Assembly (NCBI GenBank): GCA_964016885.1
Contig: OZ024743.1
Coordinates: 165,354,001-165,418,000, forward strand
Reading direction: 5' to 3'
DNA: 64,000 bases
Source: Eledone cirrhosa
Lineage: Eukaryota
Each line of letters begins with the position of its first letter. The stretch's first letter is position 1. This document shows, piece by piece, positions 29,330 through 42,399 of this stretch. The translations under genes were made by a program, and so were the position numbers. The notes under the pieces are model-generated. The model worked only from the letters and a program-made list of their open reading frames with translations, was not told the origin of the DNA and ran no database searches.

Positions 29330-31160
29330 TATATCTCCACCCTGTATTGGTTGGCCGTTCCGTGGTTAGTTTGACACTATGGGGTGACCACAACTGGGAG
29401 CAATAGTCCAGGTGGCTTAGGAGAAATGTCCTCCATAGTTTGAACATGATGTCTCGGTCTCTTGTATGGAAAGTCCTCAAGATCCAGCCAGCGATTCGTC
29501 TGCACATTGACGCCACTTTCATGATGTGTGAGGAAAAAGATGCATCGTCTCTCATGTCTATACCCAAGTCCCGTACCGATTTCGAGCCGGGAATATCGGT
29601 CCCTACTGGTCCGGCGTAACTGTGTTGTACTGTATTTGTGTTTGCAGGTTTGTATTGTAGGGCTTGGAATTTGTCAACATTAAACTGCATGTTGTTGTCT
29701 TCCGCCAATTTGTATATGGCATCCAGATCTTGTTGTAAAAGGGCAGCGTCAGCCGGGTTTTTGATTGCCTGTGCTACCTTAGTGTCATCAGCATAGCTAG
29801 TTGGGGATGTTGTATGTACTACAGCGGGCATGTCTGCGAGAGCCTCCAAAAACAGTAGTGGTCCTAGGACTGTGCTTTGGGGCACCCCACTTGTTATTGA
29901 TGTTTCCTTTGAGAGGGCCCCGTTTGCTGCGACTGTCTGGCTTCTTCCTGGGCGAAAGCCATGCTGCGTGCTATTCAGGCGGTCATTTTCCTCAAGGAAC
30001 GTGATCAGTTTCTTTCAGGTGATTCGCTCTATGACCTTAATGATATGTGACGTCAGGGAGACTGGCCAATAGTTTTTGGCCTCCGCTCTGCTACCTCCTT
30101 TATGGATAGGGCATATTGTGCCTTCTTTCAGCTCCCCGGGTAGTCTACCGCTAGCGAAGGAGCTTATGAAGAGCGCCGTAAGTGGAGTTGCTAAGGACCG
30201 CTTACATGTTTTTAGGAGGACTGCTGGAAATCCATCAGGTCCAGCAGCTGAGCCGTTCTAATTTCATATATGGCATATACCACATCCTCCTCCGTTATGT
30301 CTATGTGGTTGATGGTCGCAATTTCTTGATGTAGTGTTGTGGCATCAAAGAAATCTTCTGGCTTTGTTATTTGCATGTGCCTTAGTGGACATGTGAACAC
30401 ACTTTTATACTGTTCGATCAGTATTTCACTTATCTCTTGGGGATTCTCGGTTAATGAACCGTCTTTATGGAAGAGTGGCCCAATCTTGCAATGTACCGAG
30501 GCAGTCTTTTTTGCAAATTTAAAGAAGGCCTTAGGGTTTGTTTTAATATTTTCTATGGCCCTGCTTTCTTTCTTTGCCCTCTCATTTTCATGGGAGTTTG
30601 AGTGCAATCTCGATGTCAAGATGTTTTCTTATTGTGCATTCAACTGGTTTGAGAGCTTGGTTCTACGTCTCATAAGGATTTTCCTATCTGTGGGAATAAG
30701 ATTTTTGTGTTTGTTGGCCTTTTTCTCCGGGACAAACCTTTGGCATATAGTTTGTATTGTTGTCATGAAGTGTTGAAAATATGTCATGTGTGGAGATGTT
30801 GTCGCTCCATATTTGCTTCCGGATTTCTCTCATGATATTTTTCCAGTTAGCCTTGTAGAATTTAAGGCTGGATAAGGTCCCGGTGTTTCTTGATAGTTGT
30901 GTTTCTATTGGTTTTCTCGGACCACATATCATTAGTTCTACTAAGTTATGATCCGAGAAAATTGTTGCTGTCATCTTTACATTGTGGATGAGGACTGCAT
31001 TGTTTTTAAAACAGAGATCTAGGACATTCTCGCCTCTTGTTGGTAGCAGTATTGCTTGTTCCATGAACAGTGTGTGTGTGAGAGCCAGCAGGGACTCCGT
31101 CTGTCTCTGTTCTAGTGATATCATTCCAGATAGGAGGTGGCCCTCAGGCCATTTGATCTT
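29330..31160 (-). pseudogene. Degraded CR1-group LINE ORF2 fragments (APE end + RT)
   Basis: PTRGENVLDL, YKANW, NPKAFF, PQSTVLGPLLFL, YADDTK, VRDLG, LDYCSQLWSP; frameshifts and deletions. Confidence 0.85.
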
Positions 31161-31373
31161 TGTATATATATATATATATATATATTTAATACAATAACAG
31201 AGATAGTTTAAAGCTAAACTCTGACTGGTAACCATCTCACTCAACAAACATTAGGTTATATTAAAATATAAACCCAATTTAAGTGTTTGGGGTGCTAACA
31301 ATATGTATAATGTGGAAAAACCAGTTGTATTATTTTATGAGGTATAATTAAAGTTAAAGTATATCTCGTTAAA

Positions 31374-31442
<69 letters not shown>

Positions 31443-31446
<4 letters not shown>

Positions 31447-31790
31447 TAAAAGGAAAGGAAAATGGTGACAAATTTTTCCCAGTGAAAAATAGTTTAATTA
31501 GGAATAAGTATAAATTAGTAATAAGTATTGGTTAGTATTCAGTTTTAGTTTTAAGTTTTTACCGGTTCCGCATTTCTAATGCTTTTCAAAAATAATTTTG
31601 AGATAGAGCGCCCGTGATGTTTCTATCTCAAAATTATTTTTGAAAAGCATTAGAAATGCGCAACCGGTAAAATTTTAAAACTAAAACTGAATACTAACCA
31701 ATACTTATTACTAATTTATACTTATTCCTAATTAAACTATTTTTCACTGGGAAAAATTTGTCAGCATTTTCTTTTCCTTTTACTAATATA
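31443..31790. repeat. Fold-back palindrome of a Neptune pLTR with HHR-like motif in both arms
   Basis: Arms are reverse complements around ~31608-31620; TTGAAAA-gcat..atgc-GCAA-ccgg-TA at 31640. Confidence 0.9.
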
Positions 31791-31822
31791 TCACAACTCG
31801 TGTGTTACACCTATTTTTTTTA

Positions 31823-31895
<73 letters not shown>

Positions 31896-31918
31896 ATATG
31901 TGTATGTATATATATATG

Positions 31919-31973
<55 letters not shown>

Positions 31974-31982
31974 ATATTTATA

Positions 31983-32081
<99 letters not shown>

Positions 32082-32100
32082 GATATATATATATATATAC

Positions 32101-32582
32101 GATATTAAATAAATGGAAACTATATTTATAAAACCATATTTATTTAATTATATATATTTCAGGGATATCATATTAAAAATATGTTATGCCTTCTTCAGAC
32201 AAAATACAATATAAACAGTCTTATAAATATATAGATTCGACATACCTTTCAACTTCGACTTCTATTTGAAAATCAACTTCTATTTGAAAATCAACTTCGA
32301 CTTCTATTTGAAAATCAACTTTTCAAATAGAAGTCGAAGTTGAAAGGTATGTCGAATCTATATATTTATAAGACTGTTTATATTGTATTTTGTCTGAAGA
32401 AGGCATAACATATTTTTAATATGATATCCCTGAAATATATATAATGAAATAAATATGGTTTTATAAATATAGTTTCCATTTATTTATATCGTAAATATAC
32501 TCCAAATACTTGTTGAGTGCTTTTATATCAGTTATAAATATTTACTCGTTGTTAACCCAACAATTTAAATAAAACTTTGCAT
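32101..32582. repeat. Fold-back solo pLTR of family A with HHR in both arms
   Basis: 32105-32275 is the reverse complement of 32320-32490; short tandem 'cttctatttgaaaatcaa' at the hinge. Confidence 0.9.
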
Positions 32583-32586
32583 ATAT

Positions 32587-32686
<100 letters not shown>

Positions 32687-32687
32687 C

Positions 32688-32761
<74 letters not shown>

Positions 32762-32772
32762 ATATATATTAC

Positions 32773-32808
<36 letters not shown>

Positions 32809-33469
32809 TTGAGCATTTGCCTCACATCTCGGAGGTTGTTTTTCGTTATTTCGTGGGCCGAAATGCGGAATCTCGATAATTTATGTTTGTATTTATCTCC
32901 AGACTCTAGCTATTGGCCAGTTAATTTTCTTGATTTTTTAGTTGATTCTATTGACTGATGAATAGCTTATGTTAATTTTAACCCTTCTGTTGAGAACTCT
33001 ATTCGATTTGTGATGTTTTTGCATTCTTGCAAAAAATATACACAACTGAATTTATTCGCCTGATATAGGGGCTGCCTCCCTTGCCGATCCCCACGTGGAG
33101 TCAGCAATAGTTAGTCCTTGTATTAACATTGAACTAAAACCTGTTGAGAAAGTGGCTTCCGTTTTCAATCATCTTACCAGAAGCCTGACACTATTTATAT
33201 ACGCGGACGGTACTTGATTTAGGAGCCGCAGAAACCCAAATACTGGATTTTAACAACCTTCCAGGGGTCCGGGTAAATTTTCAATACCCGAATTAGTTGA
33301 TCGTTTTTTTGGCTATGCGAATGTTTGTTTAACCATCGTCTCAGTGTGTTTGGCGTTTAACGTTTGTTATAGCTCTGGTTCATCTGAACCATTGAGCACT
33401 TGACTCACATCTCGGAGGTTGTTTTTCCTTGTTTCGTGGGCCGAAATGCGAATCTCGATAATTTATGTT

Positions 33470-33502
<33 letters not shown>

Positions 33503-33631
33503 GTATATATATATATATATGTATATATATATGTATATATATATATATATATATCTACATATATATATCTACATATATACATATATATATATATATAGAC
33601 ATATATGCATATATATACATATATATATACT

Positions 33632-33775
<144 letters not shown>

Positions 33776-33850
33776 TATATATACGTTATTCCGGGTTGAA
33801 TCGGAGGTAACCACAGTAAGTAAGGTACTCAATACATAGCAGAGTATAAA

Positions 33851-33976
33851 AGTTTTAATATAGATGAGATTCTACAGGACTAGAACTGTTTCATTCTTTA
33901 GAAATCATCAGGAATCTGATGATTTCTAAAGAATGAAACAGTTCTAGTCCTGTAGAATCTCATCTATATTAAAACT
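33851..33976. repeat. Perfect palindrome hinged at an HHR core
   Basis: tcatcag-gaat-ctgatga centre; CTGATGA-tttctaaagaat-GAAA-cagttctag-TC. Confidence 0.88.
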
Positions 33977-33978
33977 AA

Positions 33979-34010
<32 letters not shown>

Positions 34011-34075
34011 GTATATATGTATATATATATATATATATGTTTTTATGTAGATATATATATGTATATATATATGTA

Positions 34076-34122
<47 letters not shown>

Positions 34123-34184
34123 GCATATATGTATATATATATATATGAATATATATGTATATATATATATATGTGTATATAGGC

Positions 34185-36600
34185 GTGTGAAGGCGTGTGA
34201 AGGCTGAGTGAACTATTTCTTTTTTAGTGAGGCTAGTGTTAGATTTAGCTAAGATAAGTGCCTTATTTAAGAGTATGGGGGAGATAGAGGCGTAGTAACT
34301 ATCTATGTCAAACTGGATGAACTTCATGGTGGCTTTATCCGGCAACTCGGTGAACCAATTTATGACCTGGTCGGTGTTGCCCCAGAGGCAGACCTTAGCC
34401 TTTCTATTAAGATCCAGTAGTACTCTGTCGAGGATCACTTTACTAATCTTACCTATATCTGATGTAGAGGGGCATATTAGTCTAATAGAGGGGTTTTCAT
34501 TAAAGTCATATTTGTGATCCTTAAGAGAGAATTTAGGCGTCAGAGGGACGTACGGGTTAGTGTACTTTTCTATTTCTAAGCTGGTGACTATATCCTTCCC
34601 TACTCTATTTATGTCATTTAGGGTACTAGAGGGTGTCTTTTTGTAGTCTTTGTGTAGTTCCTTATAGATGAATTGTTTATACTTACTCGCGTCCATCTTG
34701 TACAGCTTTTTGGTTTTGTCGGAGGTGACGAAGAGGCGCGGGTCATTCTTGATCTTAGTAATTAGTGTATCAAGGGACGTTAAGAATGGATTGCTGCATT
34801 TGTGTTTCTTTCTGAACTTAACTTTTTTGATCATTTTCAGTAGGTCCTCTTCAAAGGAGTCCAGTAAGGTGTTGTGCGGTGGGTTTCGGTATGTTTTGAA
34901 GCCATACCTCTCTTTGGGTTCAGGAAGGTTACGGGTGTTCTTATCCAGGTGGTAGGCCTTCCATCTGACTCTCCGTATAAACGAATTAGTAGCGTCTATA
35001 AGCAGTTTGAGGTAGGTTTTTCTGCTGGGTAAGGGGATACACTTGAGAGACATGGGTAACGGCTGGTTCTCCAACATAATGGCAAATAAGGTGAAATGCT
35101 CTACAAAAGGTGCACGGTAAAACAGTATTTACGGGCGACTGCGCACTAACACACATAAGAGCGGTCACCTAGATGGAACCACCCGTAGCAAACGTACAAG
35201 GACACGTAATCGCCACCGTAACGTCCTATGGTTCCCCCCTACTCTCAGAGTGTGGCCTCCAACATACTCCGGATGTTCTTCGAAGCCTTAGAGAAGAACT
35301 TCCCGCCCAACCATAGGTATAGAAAAATTCTTAATAGGAACAATATAAAAATATCCTTCTCTACTACTCCTAACCTAGCAGACATCATAGGAACAACGAA
35401 CCACAGTAAGATCACCAAGACACAGCACCTCGACTCAGACGCACCTACACCTGACAATAACTATATCGGTCTTAACAACTCCCTGGCAGCATCCAATAGT
35501 GTTGGCAACGGCATCCGCAGACGCAACCAGCATAACCGCGAAATGACTGGCGAACATGCAGGACAAGACGTGCGGAATAACTATCGCACCACCCGCGTGC
35601 TGTGGGTTGTAATGGTGCTAACAACAGCTTGCGGTAGCGTGGGTAACAACGTAGGCAGTAACAATGATAGCCTTACCGTGGGAAATAGACGGAACCGCGA
35701 CAGAAATTGCAACTGCCGCGACAGAGGACGCTGCCCCCTTAGAGGATACTGCTTGACTGATAGGGTTATATATAGATGCACTATAACTAGCCACAATAGC
35801 GTTAAACATTATATAGGGGCTACCTCCGGCCTGTTCAAAATAGGTTTCGAACACATCTCCACTCTTTCACAAATAAAAAACTAAGACACTCCACTTCGCT
35901 CGCGGACTACATCACATCACTAAAGGATTTAAACATCAGCTTCTCCACGCACTGGGATATTGTCGGCAGGGCTGCACCGTACAACTTCAAGAGGAAATGC
36001 GATCTTTGCCTCATGGAGCTCTACCACATCATAACTGCACCCCACGAACTCATCAACAGCAGAGCTGAAACAGCGATTAGTTGTACACATCGCTTAAAAA
36101 TATCCTTCTTCAGCTGGGTTAAGGATGAGGAGTGAAACCGTGCACCGGATCTCCCTGTAACAAGTCTTAACACTCCGGCGGGCAGGCGCTGCAAAAGAAC
36201 ACCCTGGAAACTATCCTGGCATACCAGACCCAGCCTCAAACGACTCAGACAAACAGATGCAGCAAAACAAACTCTCAAAATAAGCGTTGATTACATGCGT
36301 ATCGACAATGGTAAGGTTGTAACCTCATCTCGTAGCGGATAAAAAAAATTTGTCCGGGAAAGACTGCCCTAACACCGGCCAGAGTTACCTCCCTTGACCT
36401 GCTGCAAAATCAAAACAAGCTATTTTTGCGAGCAATGAACATTGACGTGGATTTAACCCCAAAAACTCTTTCCGAGCAATGTAAGGAACACTTTTGATTA
36501 TTTATGCCCTTGAGAAACCCAACTGGGCGAAACGTACGTAGGTGCTGTTTTAAATAAACATGTTTTAACGGTCTATTCTCCGATTTCTTACTTTCCCACG
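34185..36600. mobile_element. Rearranged Hydra-like PLE (family C): N-terminal half on minus (35077 to ~34212), GIY-YIG half on plus (~35170-36135), 3' pLTR
   Basis: FIRRVRWK..QFDIDSYYASI on minus; WFPP, CNCRDRGRCPLRGYC, VIY..YIGAT on plus; HHR at 36504-36545. Confidence 0.88.
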
Positions 36601-36726
<126 letters not shown>

Positions 36727-36824
36727 AATGAAAGATATAGAAAACACTGCAGCGAAAAGCGAACAGCATTTCATAATATATAAGTGACTATAGCGTCAAA
36801 ATGGGAAAAATAGTTAACGTATAT

Positions 36825-36960
36825 ATCATCATCATTTTACGTCCACTTTTCCCTGCTTGCAAGGGTGGGACGGGAACTTATTCTGGTTTGATTTCTACAG
36901 CTGGATGCCCTTCCTAACACCAACCTCATTTACAGTGAGTGCTGGGTGCTTTTTTGCCGT
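36825..36960. repeat. SINE/RTE-tail-like interspersed repeat fragment
   Basis: (cat)n start and 'ttctacagctggatgcccttcctaa' motif recalled from cephalopod repeats; not verified. Confidence 0.5.
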
Positions 36961-37019
36961 AGCACCTCCACGACCACTTTGCAGTGGAATGATAAGGACC
37001 CCAGTCACTATCATCTCAT

Positions 37020-37157
37020 TTCTACAGCTGTGTAAACTGGAGCAATGTGAAATAAAGTGTCTTGCTCAAGGAAACAACACATCACCCGGTCTGAGATTTG
37101 AACTCACAACCTTTCGATTGCAAGGCCAATGCTCTAACCACTAAGCCATGTGCCTCC
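37020..37157 (-). mobile_element. tRNA-derived SINE head
   Basis: Reverse complement gives A box TGGCTTAGTGG, B box GTTCAAATC, then CCTTGAGCAAGACAC. Confidence 0.8.
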
Positions 37158-37198
37158 ATGTGTATATATGTTTATATATATATACGTATATATATATG

Positions 37199-37282
<84 letters not shown>

Positions 37283-37287
37283 GTATG

Positions 37288-37349
<62 letters not shown>

Positions 37350-37359
37350 ATATATATAT

Positions 37360-38040
37360 GGAAAAAAAGAAATTTCATTTCTCACTCTTAGTACGGCTGA
37401 TACTCAAATATAAGTATGTATACGTACATACATATATGTATACAGATCATCACCACCGTCTACCTTTGAAAGTATACACTTTCAAACGTTCAATCGTCTG
37501 ACAGGAAGGTATACGGTGCTGATGACAGCTAATAAACTAGAAACTAGTTCATCGTTCCTTTGTCAGTGTGCATGTATGTATGTATATACATACTAATGTA
37601 CGTCTGTATACATATATGTATGTACGTATACATACTTATATTTGAGTATTAGCCGTACTAAGAGTGAGAAATGAAATTTCATTTTTTCCATTTATCGTTT
37701 TCGGTACGCCCGGCCGACTAACTCACTCGATATGCAAATTAGGCTACTCAGCCGTTAATATGCATCAGGAAAGTATATACTTTCAAAAGTTCAATCAACT
37801 GACAGGAAAGTATACGGTGCTGATGACAGCTAATAGTTCATCGTTCCTTTGTCAGTGTTGAACAAAATGGCAACGATGGTTGCCGAACACTGTACGGCTA
37901 ATAATTCAGGCTGTTTGTTTACAAACAAACCGAGCATTATAATAAATGTTCGGTAAACCTATACGTATATATATATATGTGCATGTATGTATGTATATAC
38001 ATACTACTGTACGTCTGTATACATATCTGTATGCACGTTT
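37360..38040. mobile_element. Family D rearranged copies; HHR at 37513-37555 intact, HHR at ~37813 with GAAA deleted
   Basis: Homology to 22905-23760; inverted 5' piece at 37360-37446. Confidence 0.82.
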
Positions 38041-38053
38041 ACATTAGTTATAT

Positions 38054-38730
38054 TTATATTACGATAAATTAACGGAGCCATAGACTCTCGCTATTCCCTG
38101 TCATTAATGTGCTGAAAGGAGAAGGAATCCCGAGCCCTTTATAATACAATATGTAGAAAAAGATAAGTGTTATCTTTTCTACATATTGTATTATAAAGGG
38201 CTCGGGATTCCTTCTCCTTTCAGCACATTAATGACAGGGAATAGCGAGAGTCTATGTCTCCGTTAATTTATCGTAATATTTCGCTCCTTATAACAGCCTC
38301 TCCTCTCTCTCTGTTTGGTTGAGCACACTTCTCTGAATGGTTTGGGCTGCCCTTTCTAGTAGCTCGTCCCTCAGAGTCCACTGGTTACTACTCTAGGCAC
38401 GCTGTGAATTCTCTCTCCCACGTGTGGCTGGGCGGTCGCTCTAGATTCGTTTAGTGTTGTCTGAAATGCCTTACACACGCTGATGAACCATAGGCTAATC
38501 ATTTCTGTCAACAAATTAGTTGGTGAAACAGATCCTTTCGGATTTGTACGTGTGTGTTAGATAGTTATCAAGGTACGTATTTGCACTTTCATTTATACTT
38601 TTAATTATTGTGTGTCTACTTTGCCTTCCATGGGCTATAGATTCCATACACTGGTGGTTTTTCCTTGTTTGACTGATAACGCACTATCTCTCTCTCTGGT
38701 GTGTTATCTTTTCTACATATTGTATTATAA
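38054..38730 (+). mobile_element. Non-coding HHR mini-element: inverted arm + 534-bp unit + ~28-bp terminal repeat
   Basis: 38054-38166 is the reverse complement of 38170-38280; 38167-38196 repeats at 38701-38730. Confidence 0.82.
38473..38555 (+). ncRNA. Canonical type I HHR with all three stems strong
   Basis: acacacg-CTGATGA-acca..ctaat..attag..tggt-GAAA-cagatcc-tttc-ggatttg-TA-cgtgtgt; predicted cleavage after 38548. Confidence 0.93.
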
Positions 38731-38737
38731 TTATATG

Positions 38738-38865
<128 letters not shown>

Positions 38866-38999
38866 TATATATATATGTGTGTGTGTATATATATACATAT
38901 GTATATATATATATGTATAGAATGTTTAAGTATCAAGAGAGAAAAGAGGAAAGATAAGCGATACATATATTTAGTTGCCAATAGTTTGTGCTAATGTGC

Positions 39000-40220
39000 T
39001 CAATACTCGTGCCGACCGGAGTGTTAAGTTTGGGAAGGGGGACCCAGTTTTCATGCCGCAGTCGCTTCCAACCCGAAGTAAGACGCTTGCATTCGGTGCC
39101 TACAGTTTATGACTGATTCGGCTCTGCTGTTTATGAGCTCGTGGGGGTGTTCTTATGATGTAGTGAAGCTCCATGAGGCAAAGCTGGCACTTCCTCTTGA
39201 AATTGTAGGGTGTAGCTCTACCGACAATATCCCAGTGTGTGGAGAAGCTGATGTTGGCGTCTTTTAATGTAGTGACGTAATTCGCAAGTGACATGGAGTG
39301 CCTTAGGTTTTTGTTCCTGAAAGAGTGGAGATGTATTCTAAATTTCGTTTTGAACTGGCCAGAGGTGGCCCCTACATAGTGTTTAACTCTATTATGGCTA
39401 GTTAGGGTGCACCTATAAATAACCTTATCAGTCAGGCAGTTTCCCCTGAGAGGGCAGCCTCCCCTGTCACAACAGTTGCATTTTCTGTCACGGTCACTCC
39501 TAGTTCCTGAAGTAAAGCTATTACTATTGCTACCTATGTTGTTATCTACGCCTCTATCTCGGTCATTGGTACTGTTATATCTCAAGGCGTGCGGTGTAGT
39601 ACCATTATCCCTCCGCACGCCGCAGCCCGTTCCGTTGCTGGTGGGTGACTCGTGCGGGTCACCAGTATATTCATCAGTCTCGCCTTGCTTACGTCGGTTT
39701 CGTCTGCTGGGGCTGCCACCAACACTATTGGGTGCTGTTAGGGAGATATTAAGGCTATTAGTGTTGTTGTCGGGTCTAGATATATCTGTGCTAAGGTGCC
39801 CTGTTTTGGTGATCTTACTGTGATTAGTTGCTCCTATGACGTCTGCTAAAGTGGGGGTGGTATAGAAGGATATTTTGATATTGTTCCTATTAAGTATTTT
39901 CCTGTATTTATGATTGGGTGGGAAATTCTTCTCTAAGGCTTCGAAGAATATCCTCGGTAGGTCGGAGGCCACACTCCGAGAGTAGAGGGGGGGACCATAG
40001 GACATTACGTTTCCGCTTTACCGTGGGTTTGATACAGGTTGTGCTTCTTAGTTGAATGAACTCTGATGTGAATTTAACCTTAAAACCCCTCCTGGGTCGC
40101 ATACTGATCATTTTTTTGTTTTCCATGCCCTTGATAAGCCCATTCAGGACGAAACGTACGTAGGTGCATTGTTATATAAACATGTTTTAAATGTATATAC
40201 TCCTTTGTATTCATTTCTTT
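39000..40220 (-). mobile_element. 5'-truncated Hydra-like family C PLE (GIY-YIG half) with inverted pLTR
   Basis: ORF 39100-40005 with CNCCDRGGCPLRGNC and VIY..YVGAT; plus-strand HHR at 40125-40169. Confidence 0.88.
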
Positions 40221-40704
40221 TATATATATATATGTATATATATATGTAAATATATTAACAAATTCCAACCTGTACTTAATGCTCTAAAAATCGGACCAAT
40301 CTAAAACTGCAACAAACAATCAAACATTTACAAGAGTCCCTCACACCCTACCTAAACCTTTTTTCTTAAATAAATTAAATATCATCCAGCAAGAATTGCT
40401 TCCCCCTGCATATTAACTCTCTAAAAAGGGAAATCATATCAAACCTCAGTCCACCATTTGCCTCCGTCATGGAACCATGGATCAACTAAGCACTCTTGCT
40501 ATATTAACACATTTTGATCTGCTTAACTTCAAGAACTATGCCTGTAAATAACATTATTTTTTCTTCCACATTGACTTTTTATGCTCTACATTATGTCCGT
40601 TTTCTTTTTCTTTTTTCTTTTCACTTCATAAACCATGTTTGTAAATAACATTATTCTTTCTGCACCTCTCTTTAACATGTGTGACACCATACTAATACAT
40701 TTCA

Positions 40705-40746
40705 CTATCATTTGATAATGCATAAAAATGCTGAAACCGGTAATAG
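40705..40746 (+). ncRNA. Minimal HHR, U3-A8 core
   Basis: TTGATAA-t-gcat-aaaa-atgc-t-GAAA-ccgg-TA-atag. Confidence 0.65.
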
Positions 40747-41062
40747 ACAATTATTAAATATATAAATAGATAAATAAATGTCATTGTTAAATAATAAATA
40801 AATCAACTAATACCTTAACACTTCACACAAAGTAAAACATTTCGTTTTAATCATTTTCTAACCCAGAAAAAAGAGAGAGAGAGAAACAAAAAAGGAAAAA
40901 TAAATTTTTTTCTTCCTAATAATCGTCTCTTTCTCCCTGTTTTCAAATATATATATATATATATCCTAACTTGTGTGCTTCCTCTCCACATTTTATTATT
41001 ATATATATATATATATATATAAGTATATATATATGTGTATATATATGTATATATATATGTAT

Positions 41063-41160
<98 letters not shown>

Positions 41161-41297
41161 ATATACATGTCTATATATATGTATATATACGTGTATATAT
41201 ACATATGTATATATATATAAATACATATATATATATGTATATGTATATATATACGTATATATATATATATATATATGTATATATAAATATGTATATG

Positions 41298-42245
41298 TAA
41301 AAGAAAAACGAACACAGATATATATATATGTGTTCAAATCGTAAGGGACCAGATTCGCTAAGGTGAAAAGAACACTAACTATAGACAATAGGGTTCGCCA
41401 GTCTCAGTTTAAGAATAAATCAAGAAAATAACTACAAACCGGAATTCTGGTAACTACCAATCACCACTAAAATTAGCAGCCTGGTTTACTCGTCATTTGA
41501 ATTACCTCAACAAATTAACGGAGCCGACTATATCAAAGGTATATATTGAGTTAGAAACTCAAAATAGTCTCTTACAATAAAATAGCTTTAGGAAAGAGAT
41601 TTTTTCCGAGCCGTATATTATAATAGAATATAAAAGAAAAACGAACACGGATATATGCATATATGTGTTCAAATAGTAAGGGACCAAATTCGCTAAGGTG
41701 AAAAGAATACTTACTATAGACAATATGGTTTGCCAGTCTCAATTTAAGAATAAATCAAGAAAATAAATACAAACCAGAATTGGTAACTAATTATCACCCA
41801 GACAGCTAGTGTTGTGAGTTTGTGAGACACGCTAAGTTCAGATACCATGTGCGTTATTATATATACGTACACTATTCAGTTTTTCAATATATGTAGAAGT
41901 GTCCAGGATACCAATTCTTCACCCACTGATGAGCAAGAAATGGTATTCCTCTTCAGAATTAATTTTGCGAAACAGCATAGCCAAAGCTGTCTGGGTGATT
42001 GCTAGTTACCACAATTCCGGTTTGTATTTATTTTCTTGATTTCTTCTTAAATTGAGTCTGGCAAACCCTATTGTCTAGAGTTAGTATTCTTTTCATTTTA
42101 GCAAATCTGGTCCCTTACGAGTTAAACACATATATCTATATATCTGTGTTTGTTTTTCTTTTATATTCGGCTAGGAAAAATCTCTTTCCTAGAGCTATTT
42201 TATTGTAAGAGACTATTTTGAGTTTCTAATTCAATATATACCTAT
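41298..42245. mobile_element. Non-coding HHR element with direct (335-bp period) and inverted segments
   Basis: 41298-41465 ~ 41633-41790; 41540-41806 is the reverse complement of 41985-42245. Confidence 0.78.
41919..41998 (+). ncRNA. Canonical type I HHR
   Basis: tcaccca-CTGATGA-gcaa..ttgc-GAAA-cagc-atagccaaa-gctg-TC-tgggtga; predicted cleavage after 41991. Confidence 0.93.
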
Positions 42246-42358
42246 GATATTTTTTATCGATCGACTTTCGTCAAATCGGACCGAGGAAACAATGTTTTTA
42301 GTCGGTCTTTCCAGTTGCGAATACTATCTATCGGTCGCAACTCCAGGTAGAAGGAACA

Positions 42359-42392
<34 letters not shown>

Positions 42393-42399
<7 letters not shown>

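Noticed and set aside
32810-33470. ~80-bp direct repeat 583 bp apart between TA tracts
   Set aside because: Possibly another 1.x-mer, but I found no ribozyme or ORF to support a call
37060-37157. tRNA gene
   Set aside because: A and B boxes are present but there is no proper cloverleaf and it runs into a SINE body
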